The notes under the pieces: model-generated
Seen by the model: only the letters and a program-made list of their open reading frames with translations
The model's database searches: none
Told to the model about the DNA's origin: nothing
Part shown: in pieces, positions 18,267 to 27,949 of the stretch
Position numbering within the stretch: the stretch's first letter is position 1
How the letters are laid out: every line of letters starts with the position of its first letter
Source: an uncultured Bacilli bacterium
GTDB lineage: Bacteria; Bacillota_I; Bacilli_A; RF39; UBA660
Reading direction: 5' to 3'
DNA length: 44,452 bases
NCBI GenBank assembly: GCA_944363825.1
Contig: CALVVK010000001.1
Span: 1-44,452 of the forward strand
Program-made: the position numbers and the translations under genes

Positions 18267-20039
18267 ATGCTTAGAGAAAAATTGAAAACGATTCCCCATT
18301 TGCCGGGGTCTTATCAAATGCGTAATATTAATAATACAATCATTTATGTTGGGAAAGCCAAGGACTTATATAAAAGAGTTAATAGTTATTTTAAAGGGAC
18401 AGTTACTGGGAAAACCGCGAAAATGGTGAGTGAAGTTGTCGATTTTACTTATATTACGACAACAACAGAGCAAGAAGCATTTATTTTGGAAATTAATTTA
18501 ATTAAAGAATATAATCCGAAATATAATATTTTACTTAAAGATGATAAAAGTTATCCTTATATCGAATATATTTCTAAGCCATATCCCCGGCTTAAAGTTT
18601 CGCGTTATTTAAACATTAAGAAAAAAGATAAGAAATTACTATTTGGGCCTTATCCTAATGCTTATGCGGCGCGCAAAATTGTCAGTTTAATTAATCGTCT
18701 TTATCCCTTAAAAAAGTGTGAGGGAATGCCTAAGAGAGTTTGTCTTTATTATCATATTGGTGAATGTTTAGGATATTGTGAAAAAAGTATTGATCAAGAA
18801 AAACTGGCAGCGATGGAAAAAGATATTTTAGATTTCTTAAAGGGTAATGATAAAATATTGATCGATAAAATTATGGAAAAAATGCAGACTTTTAGTGCAA
18901 ATCTCAATTTTGAGGCGGCTTTAGAGTTAAAGAAAGAACTACAATATATTGAAGTAATTTTGGATAAACAAAAGGTGGAATTACACGATTATATTAATCG
19001 GGATGCGATTGGTTTTTACTTTGATGAAGGCCTTATTTCCGTGCAAATATTATTTATTCGGAATGGTAAAATTGTCGGAGGCAATAATGATTTATTTTAT
19101 CTAATGAGTGATATTTATGATGAAGTGAATTCTTATATTTTAAATTTTTATTCGAAACATGAAATACCAAAAGAAATATTGCTAGATGATGGTTTAAATG
19201 CCGAAGTTATCAGTAATATCTTAAATACGAGGGCATTAATACCGCAGAAGGGGAATAAGAAAAATTTAATTACCATGGCTAAGACTAATGCCAAAATTAG
19301 TTTAGAACAACAACTTAATATCATTAAAAATGATGAGGCGAGAAGTGTTGGGGCAAACGAGGCTTTGCGCGAGTATTTAAATATTCCAGTTCTAGACCGG
19401 ATTGATGCTTTTGATAATTCCAATCTTTTTGGGTCCTATTCGGTAAGTGGTATGATTGTTTTTAAAGGGGGAAGGCCGTGTCGGCGGGAATATCGGAAGT
19501 ATAAAGTAAGTGTCGATAAAAATGATGATTATAATACGATGAAAGAAGTAATATATCGCCGTTACTACCGCGCCATGGTTGAGAAAACTGAAATGCCCGA
19601 CTTAATTATTGTCGATGGGGGAATTAACCAAATTAATGCTTGTAATGAAGTATTAAATGCTTTAAAATTAGATATAAAAGTATGTGGGTTAAAAAAAGAT
19701 GATCATCATCGCACTAATGAATTAATTGATGGTTCAACTTTAGAAGTTATCGATATTCCCAAAGATAGTGATATATTTCATTATTTAACACGCATTCAAG
19801 ATGAAGTTCACCGGTTTACTATTACTTATCACCAAAAGTTGCGAAGTGTTGGTTCGATTGCCAGTGTTTTAGATAATATTGATGGTATTGGTAAAGTCCG
19901 AAAAAAAGAATTGATAAAGAAATATGGCAGTATCAAGAAAATGGCGGAAGCCCCTGTTTCGGAACTCAGTGAAATAGTTCCTTTAAATGTAGCCGAAGAC
20001 TTACATCGTTATTTACAAGAAAGGAAAGAATCTAGTTAG
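18267..20039 (+). CDS. uvrC: Excinuclease ABC subunit C
   Basis: GIY-YIG motif (PGSYQMRN...IIYVGKAKDLYKRVNSYF), UVR domain and C-terminal HhH. A TATAAT at 18245-18250 argues against the ATG at 18252. Confidence 0.93.
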   Translation: MLREKLKTIPHLPGSYQMRNINNTIIYVGKAKDLYKRVNSYFKGTVTGKTAKMVSEVVDFTYITTTTEQEAFILEINLIKEYNPKYNILLKDDKSYPYIEYISKPYPRLKVSRYLNIKKKDKKLLFGPYPNAYAARKIVSLINRLYPLKKCEGMPKRVCLYYHIGECLGYCEKSIDQEKLAAMEKDILDFLKGNDKILIDKIMEKMQTFSANLNFEAALELKKELQYIEVILDKQKVELHDYINRDAIGFYFDEGLISVQILFIRNGKIVGGNNDLFYLMSDIYDEVNSYILNFYSKHEIPKEILLDDGLNAEVISNILNTRALIPQKGNKKNLITMAKTNAKISLEQQLNIIKNDEARSVGANEALREYLNIPVLDRIDAFDNSNLFGSYSVSGMIVFKGGRPCRREYRKYKVSVDKNDDYNTMKEVIYRRYYRAMVEKTEMPDLIIVDGGINQINACNEVLNALKLDIKVCGLKKDDHHRTNELIDGSTLEVIDIPKDSDIFHYLTRIQDEVHRFTITYHQKLRSVGSIASVLDNIDGIGKVRKKELIKKYGSIKKMAEAPVSELSEIVPLNVAEDLHRYLQERKESS

Positions 20040-20041
20040 TA

Positions 20042-21157
20042 ATGAAGTTAATTAGTTTAGAAAAAGATCCTAATATTCAAATAAATAAGGAAATAGAGTA
20101 TTTTCTAAATCCTGATTTTCTTTATATACCGGGGAGTAATATAAAAGTTACCCAAAATGAAGTTGTCTATAAAGATATGTTAGTGACTAAAAATTATACT
20201 TCACCGGTATCTGGTATTGCTTATGGTACTAAGAAATGTTTATTTGGTGATGGTTGGCAAAAGGCCTTAGTGATTGAAAATGATTTTCGGGAATTAAAAA
20301 AACAGAATAAAAGAGACCATAAAACAACGATTAAAAATATTTTGGATTGTTTAGAAGAAAACCATGATTATGAATTATTAGAGAAATTCCGGAGTCAAAA
20401 TAAATTTACTAATATTATTATTACAGCCATTAATGATGATGTTTATATCTATAATAATATCTTTATTTTAAAGGAAAATATTGCGGAATTATTAGAATTA
20501 TTTGATGAACTTAGTCTTATTTATAAAAGTGATTTTAATTATTTAGTTGTTAAGAATGTTGATACAATGCTTATTAATGAATGCTTAAATACAATTGGAA
20601 CTTATCCCAATATTGCTCTCACTTTAGTTAATGATGAATATTTATTGGGAAGATTAGAGTTTTTGGCTAGTAAATTACAAATTAAAGGAAACACTTTATA
20701 TTTAACAACTACTGAATTATTGAAATTATATAATTATTTGCATGAACGAGATAATACGACTTTACTCCTTACTGTTGCTGGTAATGCATTAGCAAAAAGT
20801 AAGATGATTAGAGTAAAGAAATATACTTTGTTAAAAGATATCTTAGATAAATATTTTTCGGTTATAAATAACGATTATCAAGTTATTATTAATGGTTTAA
20901 TGCAAGGTTATTTAGTTACTGATTTAAACAATTTTGTGGTTGATGATAATGTTTTTGCCGTTAATATTATGAGTGATTTACCTGATCAAGAACCTAAATG
21001 TATTAATTGTGGCAAATGTATTAGAATTTGTCCGCGGAATGTCAATCCCTTGACTAAGAAAAATATTGCCAATTGTCTGCATTGTGGGCTTTGCTCATAT
21101 GTTTGCCCGGGATTTGTTAATCTGCGTGCGCATTTAAGGGGGGAAGATGATGTCTAA
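20042..21157 (+). CDS. RnfC-like protein, apparently degenerate: RnfC_N barrel and SLBB-like region plus a 2x[4Fe-4S] ferredoxin tail, with no recognisable NADH/FMN-binding GxGGAGFP motif
   Basis: YTSPVSGIAYG resembles the RnfC_N motif HAsvSGtV. The C-terminus is CINCGKCIRICP...CLHCGLCSYVCP. Confidence 0.6.
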   Translation: MKLISLEKDPNIQINKEIEYFLNPDFLYIPGSNIKVTQNEVVYKDMLVTKNYTSPVSGIAYGTKKCLFGDGWQKALVIENDFRELKKQNKRDHKTTIKNILDCLEENHDYELLEKFRSQNKFTNIIITAINDDVYIYNNIFILKENIAELLELFDELSLIYKSDFNYLVVKNVDTMLINECLNTIGTYPNIALTLVNDEYLLGRLEFLASKLQIKGNTLYLTTTELLKLYNYLHERDNTTLLLTVAGNALAKSKMIRVKKYTLLKDILDKYFSVINNDYQVIINGLMQGYLVTDLNNFVVDDNVFAVNIMSDLPDQEPKCINCGKCIRICPRNVNPLTKKNIANCLHCGLCSYVCPGFVNLRAHLRGEDDV

Positions 21158-22016
21158 TAAAGTATTTTTGCATAATTCTGATACAGTAAAAAAAATAGTT
21201 GTTGGTTATTTAATTGGTTTAATTCCCTTAGTTTTATACGGTATTTATAAAAATGGTATTTTACTTTATGAACGAGATTTGCTATCGTTTGTCTTAATAC
21301 CTAAAGTAATTTATCTTTTATTAATTAGTTTAGTTATATACTTTATTATTAATAAATTTATCTTTAAACAAAAAGAATTTTTGACCATGGATTTATTTTT
21401 TATCATGGTTATTCCGTTATTTATGCCACCGGGGATTAATTTAATTATTTATGCCCTTGGTTTATTTTTCAGTTTTCTTTTGGCGGCTTTTTTAGAAAAA
21501 AAGGTTAAATTTAATAAAATGGCCTTTTGTAAGTTATTTATTATTCTTTTAGTTATTATTTTTAGTAATTATACTTATCAAAATGCGGCGGAGGTTCTCG
21601 ATATTTATTCTTTTAGTTATTGGGATTTACTTTGGGGGCGAAATTGGGGTGGTATTGCCAGTACTAATATTATTTTTGGGCTTATTTTTGTAATATTTTT
21701 TTGTATAATAGATAATTATAAAAAAATTACTGCTATTAGTAGTTTGGCAACATTTAGCGGGGCATCGCTTTTAATAAGTAATTTTGATCCCAATGTTTTT
21801 CTGGCAAGTAGTGCTATTTTAGGTCTTATTTTCCTTAATAGTGATTCTTTAAGTACCCCGCATAGTAAGAAGGGGATGATTATCTATGGTGTATTGGGTG
21901 GTTTATTAACAGCAATCCTTACTAATTACTTAAATAGTAACGAAGGTGTGTTTATTAGTATATTATTTTTAAGTTTTTTTAGTCCAATACTTGATAAAAT
22001 TGCCGAAAGATGGTAA
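21147..22016 (+). CDS. RnfD/NqrB-like polytopic membrane protein (divergent)
   Basis: About 8 TM segments. WGRNWGGIASTNIIFGLIF resembles the RnfD motif G..pGSiGEtS.la.llGg. It overlaps the RnfC-like gene by 11 nt. Confidence 0.55.
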   Translation: MMSNKVFLHNSDTVKKIVVGYLIGLIPLVLYGIYKNGILLYERDLLSFVLIPKVIYLLLISLVIYFIINKFIFKQKEFLTMDLFFIMVIPLFMPPGINLIIYALGLFFSFLLAAFLEKKVKFNKMAFCKLFIILLVIIFSNYTYQNAAEVLDIYSFSYWDLLWGRNWGGIASTNIIFGLIFVIFFCIIDNYKKITAISSLATFSGASLLISNFDPNVFLASSAILGLIFLNSDSLSTPHSKKGMIIYGVLGGLLTAILTNYLNSNEGVFISILFLSFFSPILDKIAERW

Positions 22017-22082
22017 AATAAGGGCGATTTTTAAAAATGGGTATTATTTTAAATTTGGTACTAGCATTTGAGAGGGGTAAAT

Positions 22083-23834
22083 ATGGCATATATTAAAGAT
22101 GAGGAGATCAATGCTATTCGGGAGCAGGCCGATATTGTCGATGTTATATCTGATTATTTATCTTTAAAACAACGAGGCAAAAACTTTTTAGCGGTTTGTC
22201 CTTTTCATGATGATCATTCTCCGAGTTTAGTAGTTTCAAGGGAACGCCAGATGTTTAATTGTTTTACCTGTCGGACGGGTGGTAATGTATTTTCTTTTGT
22301 CATGAAGTTTGAAAATGTCAGTTTCCCTGAGGCCGTCAAGATTGTGGCGGATAAAATCGGTTATAATTTAAGTGTTAGTAATTTTAGTGATTACCAAACT
22401 GTTAAAGGACCTGAGTATGAAATAATGGATTTAGCCAAGAAATTTTATTTAAATAATATTTTTACGGAGGCTGGAACGAAAGCCATTAAGTATTTAGAGG
22501 ATCGGGGAATTGATTTAAATATTATTAAAGAATTTAATATTGGACTATCTCTTGGGGATAAAGATACATTATATAAAGTGCTTAACGCTAAGAATTATGA
22601 TAGTGATACCATGGCTAATTTGGGGTTAATTAATAAAGTTGGTTTAAATATTTATGATACATTTACGAGCCGCATTATGATTCCGATTACCGATTTAAAA
22701 GGGCAAGTTGTGGGGTTTACTGGCAGAATTTATAATGGCGAGGAAGATACAGCGAAGTATATAAATACTAAAGAAACGGATATTTTTAAAAAAGGACATA
22801 TTTTATTTAATTATCATAATGCCCGTAATTATATTCGGGATCAAAAGGAAGTAATCGTTGTTGAAGGAAATATGGATGCCATTAAAATTAGTGCTAGTGG
22901 AATAAAAAATGTAGTTGCTTTGATGGGAGTGGCACTATCGAAAGAACAAATAGCAGTCTTAAAAAAATTGCGCGTGCCCATTATCTTGATGCTCGATAAC
23001 GATAATGCGGGGCTTGATGCTACTGTCAAAAATGGCGAGATGCTTGAAAATGCTGGGGTTGAAGTTAAAGTTGTGCGCTTAAGTGGTGCCAAAGATCCCG
23101 ATGAATACATTCGGGCCCTCGGAGTTGATGCTTTAAAAGAAAATATAAAACATGCCGTTAAATACATGGATTTTAAATTAGAATATTTAAAAAATAATAA
23201 AGATTTAAGTAATATGGAAGATCTAATTACCTATGTTAAAGAAGTAATTGCTAGTATAAATAATGCTGATGACTTGACAAAAAGCGTAATTATATCTAAA
23301 ATAAGCAAGGATTATGCAATTGATCCGGAGATACTTAAACAAGAATTAAATAAGAATACTTTAAAAGAACAGCCGAAAGTAGAACCAAAAGAAATAGTAA
23401 CTAGACCGAAGTTAAGTAAGTATCATATTGCTGCTAGTAAAGTGTTATATCATATGATGAATGATCCTAATTATATAACTATTTATAAAAATAGATTAGG
23501 ATATTTTAAAGAAAAACAAGAAAGAGCCCTTGCTAGTGAAATAGTTTATTATAATAATGTTCATAATAATAGTATTAATATAGCAGATTTTATTACTTAT
23601 ATTATACCGCAGGAAGAAATATATAATTATGTAACTGAGATTATTGGGGAAAATAATAATACAGAGATTTCTCCAACAGAATTTAATAATTGTATTGACT
23701 GTTTATTAAAGTTGTTAAAAAATGATGAAATAAAAGAGTTAAAAGTTAGGATTAAGCAAGAGTTGGATATAAATAAAAAACTGGAGTTAATTACTAAACT
23801 CACAGAATTAAAAAAAGGAAGTGTGAATAAATGA
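22083..23834 (+). CDS. dnaG: DNA primase
   Basis: Zinc ribbon [14 protein letters not shown]...FNCFTC and TOPRIM motifs EGNMD...DND. The ATG at 22083 has a GAGAGGGG RBS. Confidence 0.95.
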   Translation: MAYIKDEEINAIREQADIVDVISDYLSLKQRGKNFLAVCPFHDDHSPSLVVSRERQMFNCFTCRTGGNVFSFVMKFENVSFPEAVKIVADKIGYNLSVSNFSDYQTVKGPEYEIMDLAKKFYLNNIFTEAGTKAIKYLEDRGIDLNIIKEFNIGLSLGDKDTLYKVLNAKNYDSDTMANLGLINKVGLNIYDTFTSRIMIPITDLKGQVVGFTGRIYNGEEDTAKYINTKETDIFKKGHILFNYHNARNYIRDQKEVIVVEGNMDAIKISASGIKNVVALMGVALSKEQIAVLKKLRVPIILMLDNDNAGLDATVKNGEMLENAGVEVKVVRLSGAKDPDEYIRALGVDALKENIKHAVKYMDFKLEYLKNNKDLSNMEDLITYVKEVIASINNADDLTKSVIISKISKDYAIDPEILKQELNKNTLKEQPKVEPKEIVTRPKLSKYHIAASKVLYHMMNDPNYITIYKNRLGYFKEKQERALASEIVYYNNVHNNSINIADFITYIIPQEEIYNYVTEIIGENNNTEISPTEFNNCIDCLLKLLKNDEIKELKVRIKQELDINKKLELITKLTELKKGSVNK

Positions 23835-24937
23835 ACGAAATTAAGACATTAGAAGAAAGGGAAAATACTTTAATTGCTAAAGGTAAAGAAAAAGGTTTTA
23901 TTACGTATGAACAATTAGCAGAAGAGTTAAAAGGCTTAGAAATTGATAGTGATGCCCTAGATAATCTTTACAATAAGTTAGTTGAAAATAAGATTGAAGT
24001 TGTTGCTGAGGCCGATGTTGATTCCAGTACGGGTGAGGCAAGATTAAAACCAAAAGAAGAGACTGAAGAAATAATTTTAAATGATGAAGATATAACTAAA
24101 GATATTAATATTAATGATCCAGTTAGAATGTATTTAAAGGAAATAGGACGAATTTCTCTACTTTCAAGTACTGAAGAAATGGAAATTTCCCAAAGAGTGG
24201 CTGAAGGTGATGAAGATGCCAAAAGAATACTTGCTGAATCAAATTTGCGGTTAGTTGTTAGTATTGCCAAAAGATATGTTGGTCGGGGACTTTTATTCTT
24301 AGACTTAATTCAAGAAGGTAATATTGGTTTGATGAAAGCCGTTGAAAAGTTTGATTATGATAAAGGGTATAAATTTTCAACTTATGCGACTTGGTGGATT
24401 AGACAAGCAATAACAAGGGCTTTGGCTGATCAAGCAAGAACTATTCGTGTTCCTGTTCATATGGTGGAAACAATTAATAAAATGTCCCGAGTTCAAAGGC
24501 AATTGACACTAGAACTTAATCGCGAACCTAGTGAAGAAGAAATTGCTAAAAAAATGGGAGTTGGGGTGGAAAAGGTACGGGAAGTACTAAAAATTAGCCA
24601 AGAACCAGTGTCATTAGAAACACCAATTGGGGAAGAAGAAGACTCACATTTGGGAGATTTCTTGAAAGATGAATCTAGTTTATCACCAGAAGAATATACG
24701 GAAAATGAAATACTAAAAGAAGAAATTAAAGAAGTTTTGATGTCACTTCAAGCAAGAGAACAAGAAGTATTGGAACTTAGATTTGGTCTTATCGATGGCA
24801 CTTGCCATACCTTAGAAGAAGTTGGTAAGAAATTCAATGTAACTAGAGAAAGAATTAGACAAATTGAGGCTAAAGCGTTAAGAAAATTACGGCATCCATC
24901 AAGAGCCAAGAAATTACGCGATTTCCTTGAAGAATGA
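23831..24937 (+). CDS. rpoD: Primary RNA polymerase sigma factor (SigA/RpoD)
   Basis: Region 2 ([38 protein letters not shown]) and region 4 ([28 protein letters not shown]). An ATGA overlap links it to dnaG. Confidence 0.97.
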   Translation: MNEIKTLEERENTLIAKGKEKGFITYEQLAEELKGLEIDSDALDNLYNKLVENKIEVVAEADVDSSTGEARLKPKEETEEIILNDEDITKDININDPVRMYLKEIGRISLLSSTEEMEISQRVAEGDEDAKRILAESNLRLVVSIAKRYVGRGLLFLDLIQEGNIGLMKAVEKFDYDKGYKFSTYATWWIRQAITRALADQARTIRVPVHMVETINKMSRVQRQLTLELNREPSEEEIAKKMGVGVEKVREVLKISQEPVSLETPIGEEEDSHLGDFLKDESSLSPEEYTENEILKEEIKEVLMSLQAREQEVLELRFGLIDGTCHTLEEVGKKFNVTRERIRQIEAKALRKLRHPSRAKKLRDFLEE

Positions 24938-25557
24938 TAAGTAAGAGATTAAAAGCAATTGCGGATTTGGTACCATCAAATAAAAGTGTTATCGATATTG
25001 GGACTGATCATGCTTATTTGCCAATATATTTATATCAAAATAAAATAACTCAAGATGTTGCTGGTAGTGATATTTCGGTCAATGTTTTAAAATATTCTTT
25101 AAATAATTTAAAAAAATACCAACTAGAAACTAAAATACCTTTATTAGTATCTGATGGTTTTAAAAATATCCCAAGAAAATTTGCTGTTGCAATACTTGCT
25201 GGTATGGGAACGAGAACAATTATTGATATTTTAAATACCGCTATATTACCTGATATATTGATTATTCAAAGTAATAATGAGCATTATTTATTACGAACTC
25301 ATATGAATAAAATTGGTTATAAAATAAGTAGGGAAGTAGTAATTAAAGATAAAAAACATTATTATGTTATTATTAAATATGAAAAAGGTAAGGAAGTTTT
25401 AAGTGATGATATCCTTCTTTTTGGTAAAAGTAATAATTTAGAATATTATCAATATTTACTAGCAAAATATGAGTATATTTATAATCAAGCTAAAGATAAT
25501 AAATATTTAGTTTATATAAAAAAATTAAATTCTATTATTGAAAAAATACCGGTCTAG
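24934..25557 (+). CDS. trmK: tRNA (adenine22-N1)-methyltransferase
   Basis: [29 protein letters not shown]. Its position after rpoD matches Bacillus yqfN. Confidence 0.85.
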   Translation: MISKRLKAIADLVPSNKSVIDIGTDHAYLPIYLYQNKITQDVAGSDISVNVLKYSLNNLKKYQLETKIPLLVSDGFKNIPRKFAVAILAGMGTRTIIDILNTAILPDILIIQSNNEHYLLRTHMNKIGYKISREVVIKDKKHYYVIIKYEKGKEVLSDDILLFGKSNNLEYYQYLLAKYEYIYNQAKDNKYLVYIKKLNSIIEKIPV

Positions 25558-25807
25558 ACTGATTAATTATATCAGTCTTTTTTGGTGTTTCATCGATATC
25601 AATAGTTGTTTTGTTATTGCTTGTTGCTGGTGTACTCGATTTGTTGAATTCTTTTAAAACACTCATTACTTTTTTAGCATTTTGAATCATTGGTTTTGCT
25701 TGTTGATATAGGGGAATTACTTGGTTGGCAATCGATAAGCCCTTAGAAATTCCGCCGAGAACTCTCGTTAAAGAAAATGTGCTACCAACAGCATTTGTTC
25801 CAAACAT
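25535..25807 (-). CDS. YqfQ/VrrA-like small protein
   Basis: GGISKGLSIANQVIPLYQQAKPMIQNAKKVMSVLKEF resembles the YqfQ core, and it neighbours trmK as in Bacillus. The ATG at 25807 has an AAGGTGG RBS. Confidence 0.5.
   Translation of the reverse strand: MFGTNAVGSTFSLTRVLGGISKGLSIANQVIPLYQQAKPMIQNAKKVMSVLKEFNKSSTPATSNNKTTIDIDETPKKTDIINQSRPVFFQ
25556..25584 (+). terminator. Terminator after trmK, lying inside the 3' end of the convergent gene
   Basis: AGACTGAT-taattat-ATCAGTCT followed by a T-run. Confidence 0.65.
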
Positions 25808-25840
25808 AAAAACCACCTTACTATAGTTTATGTAAATGGT

Positions 25841-26053
25841 TTACTTTTGTTTAATAATTATTTCAATATCACACTTTTTGGCTAGGGCTAATAAATCTTT
25901 AAAATAATAATTGGTCTTGCCGGCTTCATTGGCTTTAACCCATTCACCGGATTTACCGATTAATTTACCAAATTCTTTTTGAGTTAAATTAGTTGAATCC
26001 CGCATTATTTTTATTATATCTTTCGCCTCATATTTATTTGCATTAACTTCCAT
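25841..26053 (-). CDS. XRE-family helix-turn-helix transcriptional regulator
   Basis: NLTQKEFGKLIGKSGEWVKANEAGK is an HTH_3-type motif. It is transcribed divergently from the surface-protein gene. Confidence 0.75.
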   Translation of the reverse strand: MEVNANKYEAKDIIKIMRDSTNLTQKEFGKLIGKSGEWVKANEAGKTNYYFKDLLALAKKCDIEIIIKQK

Positions 26054-26111
26054 GTTTTCACCCACTCAATTCATTATATAAAAATAATCTTTTTAATTTT
26101 CAAAACAGGTA

Positions 26112-26140
26112 TTGACAATGCCTTTTAAAAATGCTAATCT
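26112..26140 (+). promoter_or_regulatory. Candidate promoter of the surface-protein gene
   Basis: TTGACA, 17 nt, TAATCT. Confidence 0.4.
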
Positions 26141-26198
26141 TAAAATAATAGAGGGGTATTCTCAATACCTATTGTGTGTTTTAGGAGTGGAAGTATAC

Positions 26199-27866
26199 AT
26201 GAAATTTAAGAGAATTATCATAGTTGTTATTTTTATTCTTGGCTTTATCAGTGGCTATGGGATAGTTAATATAAATAAAGATAGGGCAGTAATTAGTGAT
26301 AATTATAAGATAGCAAGTAAAAATAATGCCTTAACGATGATGTTAGAAACAGATATCGATTCTAATGAATATGAAGTTGCAACTTCTATTGAGTGGCCAA
26401 CATCTGGCTATATATTTAATGCGGAGATGTCCGCATGTGAACGTGGCGGCACACTTTCCTGGGATAGTGAGAATAATCGAGTTGTAATGGCATCAGGAAG
26501 TGCCGATAAGTGCTATGTGTATTTCGATCGGTATACAACAGTTTCAATTACTAATGTAACAGCCAGCAATATAACAAATAGTAGTATTACCTTAATGGTG
26601 GAAGCAACTGTTTTTGATAGTCCTATAACTAATTATTATTATAGTAAAGATAATGGTTTAAGTTATGAAGAAAGTACTAGTAATACTTATACGTTTAGTG
26701 GCTTAGAACAGGGAGCAGAATATAATTTTAAAGTTTATGCTGTCGATAGTAATGGGGTAAGTTCCAATATTTATTCATTACGGGCATCTACGAAAGATAT
26801 CATTTATTTAGCCGATTATATCAAAGATACGGTATATACAGGTACAGATGGGGATAATGGATTATATTACCATGACGGATCAGGTTCATACACTAATGCT
26901 GCACAGGAAGCAGGAGATAATTCCTACAGATATGCAGGTGCTAATCCAAATAATTATGTTTGCTTTGCCAGTGATGCAGCAAGTTGTCCAAATGATAATT
27001 TATATCGGATAATAGGAGTATTTGGAGATCAAGTAAAATTAATAAAAAATACAAGTTTGGGAAATTATTATTGGAGCGGATCAAGTTCTAATCGGAGAAA
27101 TACATGGAGTAATAGTACATTAAATACAGGAACATTAAATGGAACATATTTAAACGGACTTGGAACAACATGGAGTGCTATGATTGAAACGACAACATGG
27201 AAAGTAGGGGGAGGAAATTATAGTCGTTTAAGAGATAGTAGAGTAAAAACAGCATATAACTATGAATTAGGAAATAACAGTTCAAGTACAACATATAATG
27301 CAAAAATAGGGTTAATGTATGTAAGTGATTATGGATATGCAGCAAGTCCAGCAAACTGGAGAACAACATTAATTAATTATGATAATGATACAAATCGCAA
27401 TAATAACTGGATGTATATTGGAGGATATGACTGGACAATTTCCCGCTATTCGGACAATGCGACTAGTGCGTTCGTCGTGAATAATTCAGGCAGTGTGAGC
27501 AACCTCTACGTCTACTACAACTTCGCCGACGGCTACGGCCTCGGCGTGCGCCCGTCCTTTTATCTTTATCCTTGGGTTGGCATTGAAAGTGGTAATGGCT
27601 CAGTAGAAAGTCCCTATCGGTTAACACTACCTGAATTAGTGGAGTTTTCTTTTGCTGGTACAACCTATTATTTAGAAGATGGTATGACTTGGGAAGAGTG
27701 GGTTAATAGTATTTATAATGTCGATGGTCTTGTAGTATCGGAAGGTAATATATTTAATTCAACGCTTACTAGTAAACTATCGATAACGGGAAGTGGTGAG
27801 TTTATTAAGGCAACTGATGTAATAGATTATAATAATAGTTCTACTTGGTATTGGTATAATATTTAA
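26199..27866 (+). CDS. Membrane-anchored surface protein: N-terminal TM, one Fn3-like domain, a lectin-like domain ending ...GVRPSFYL, and an ~85-aa C-terminal extension. Candidate DGR target.
   Basis: The ATG at 26199 follows an AGGAG RBS (MKFKRIIIVVIFILGFISGYG). Fn3 motif: ITNVTASNITNSSITLMV...YNFKVYAVDSNG. Paralogous to 1..1323. Confidence 0.85.
   Translation: MKFKRIIIVVIFILGFISGYGIVNINKDRAVISDNYKIASKNNALTMMLETDIDSNEYEVATSIEWPTSGYIFNAEMSACERGGTLSWDSENNRVVMASGSADKCYVYFDRYTTVSITNVTASNITNSSITLMVEATVFDSPITNYYYSKDNGLSYEESTSNTYTFSGLEQGAEYNFKVYAVDSNGVSSNIYSLRASTKDIIYLADYIKDTVYTGTDGDNGLYYHDGSGSYTNAAQEAGDNSYRYAGANPNNYVCFASDAASCPNDNLYRIIGVFGDQVKLIKNTSLGNYYWSGSSSNRRNTWSNSTLNTGTLNGTYLNGLGTTWSAMIETTTWKVGGGNYSRLRDSRVKTAYNYELGNNSSSTTYNAKIGLMYVSDYGYAASPANWRTTLINYDNDTNRNNNWMYIGGYDWTISRYSDNATSAFVVNNSGSVSNLYVYYNFADGYGLGVRPSFYLYPWVGIESGNGSVESPYRLTLPELVEFSFAGTTYYLEDGMTWEEWVNSIYNVDGLVVSEGNIFNSTLTSKLSITGSGEFIKATDVIDYNNSSTWYWYNI
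27441..27557 (+). other. GC-rich NNC/NNT-codon block: candidate DGR variable region, copy B, with an adenine-free IMH-like 3' end (27537-27557)
   Basis: About 58% G+C by hand count. Sixteen consecutive codons ending in C span 27498-27545. The 3' end GGCCTCGGCGTGCGCCCGTCC contains no A. Confidence 0.55.
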
Positions 27867-27892
27867 TTAGTATTGTAAAATTTCTTGTATTA

Positions 27893-27921
27893 TATTGTAA
27901 AAATTTAGTAAATTTGATATA
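27893..27921 (+). promoter_or_regulatory. Promoter of the pilC-pilD operon
   Basis: TTGTAA, 17 nt, TGaTATACT (extended -10). It overlaps a 9-bp inverted repeat AATTTAGTA/TACTAAATT. Confidence 0.5.
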
Positions 27922-27949
27922 CTAAATTATAGTAAAGGAAGGTAGCAAA

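Noticed and set aside
27463-27663. Minus-strand 66-aa Arg-rich ORF (RRGRSRRRSCSRRRGCS)
   Set aside because: It is the antisense reading of the GC-rich VR-like block. The Arg richness follows from GCC/GGC/CGC repeats and does not indicate a gene.
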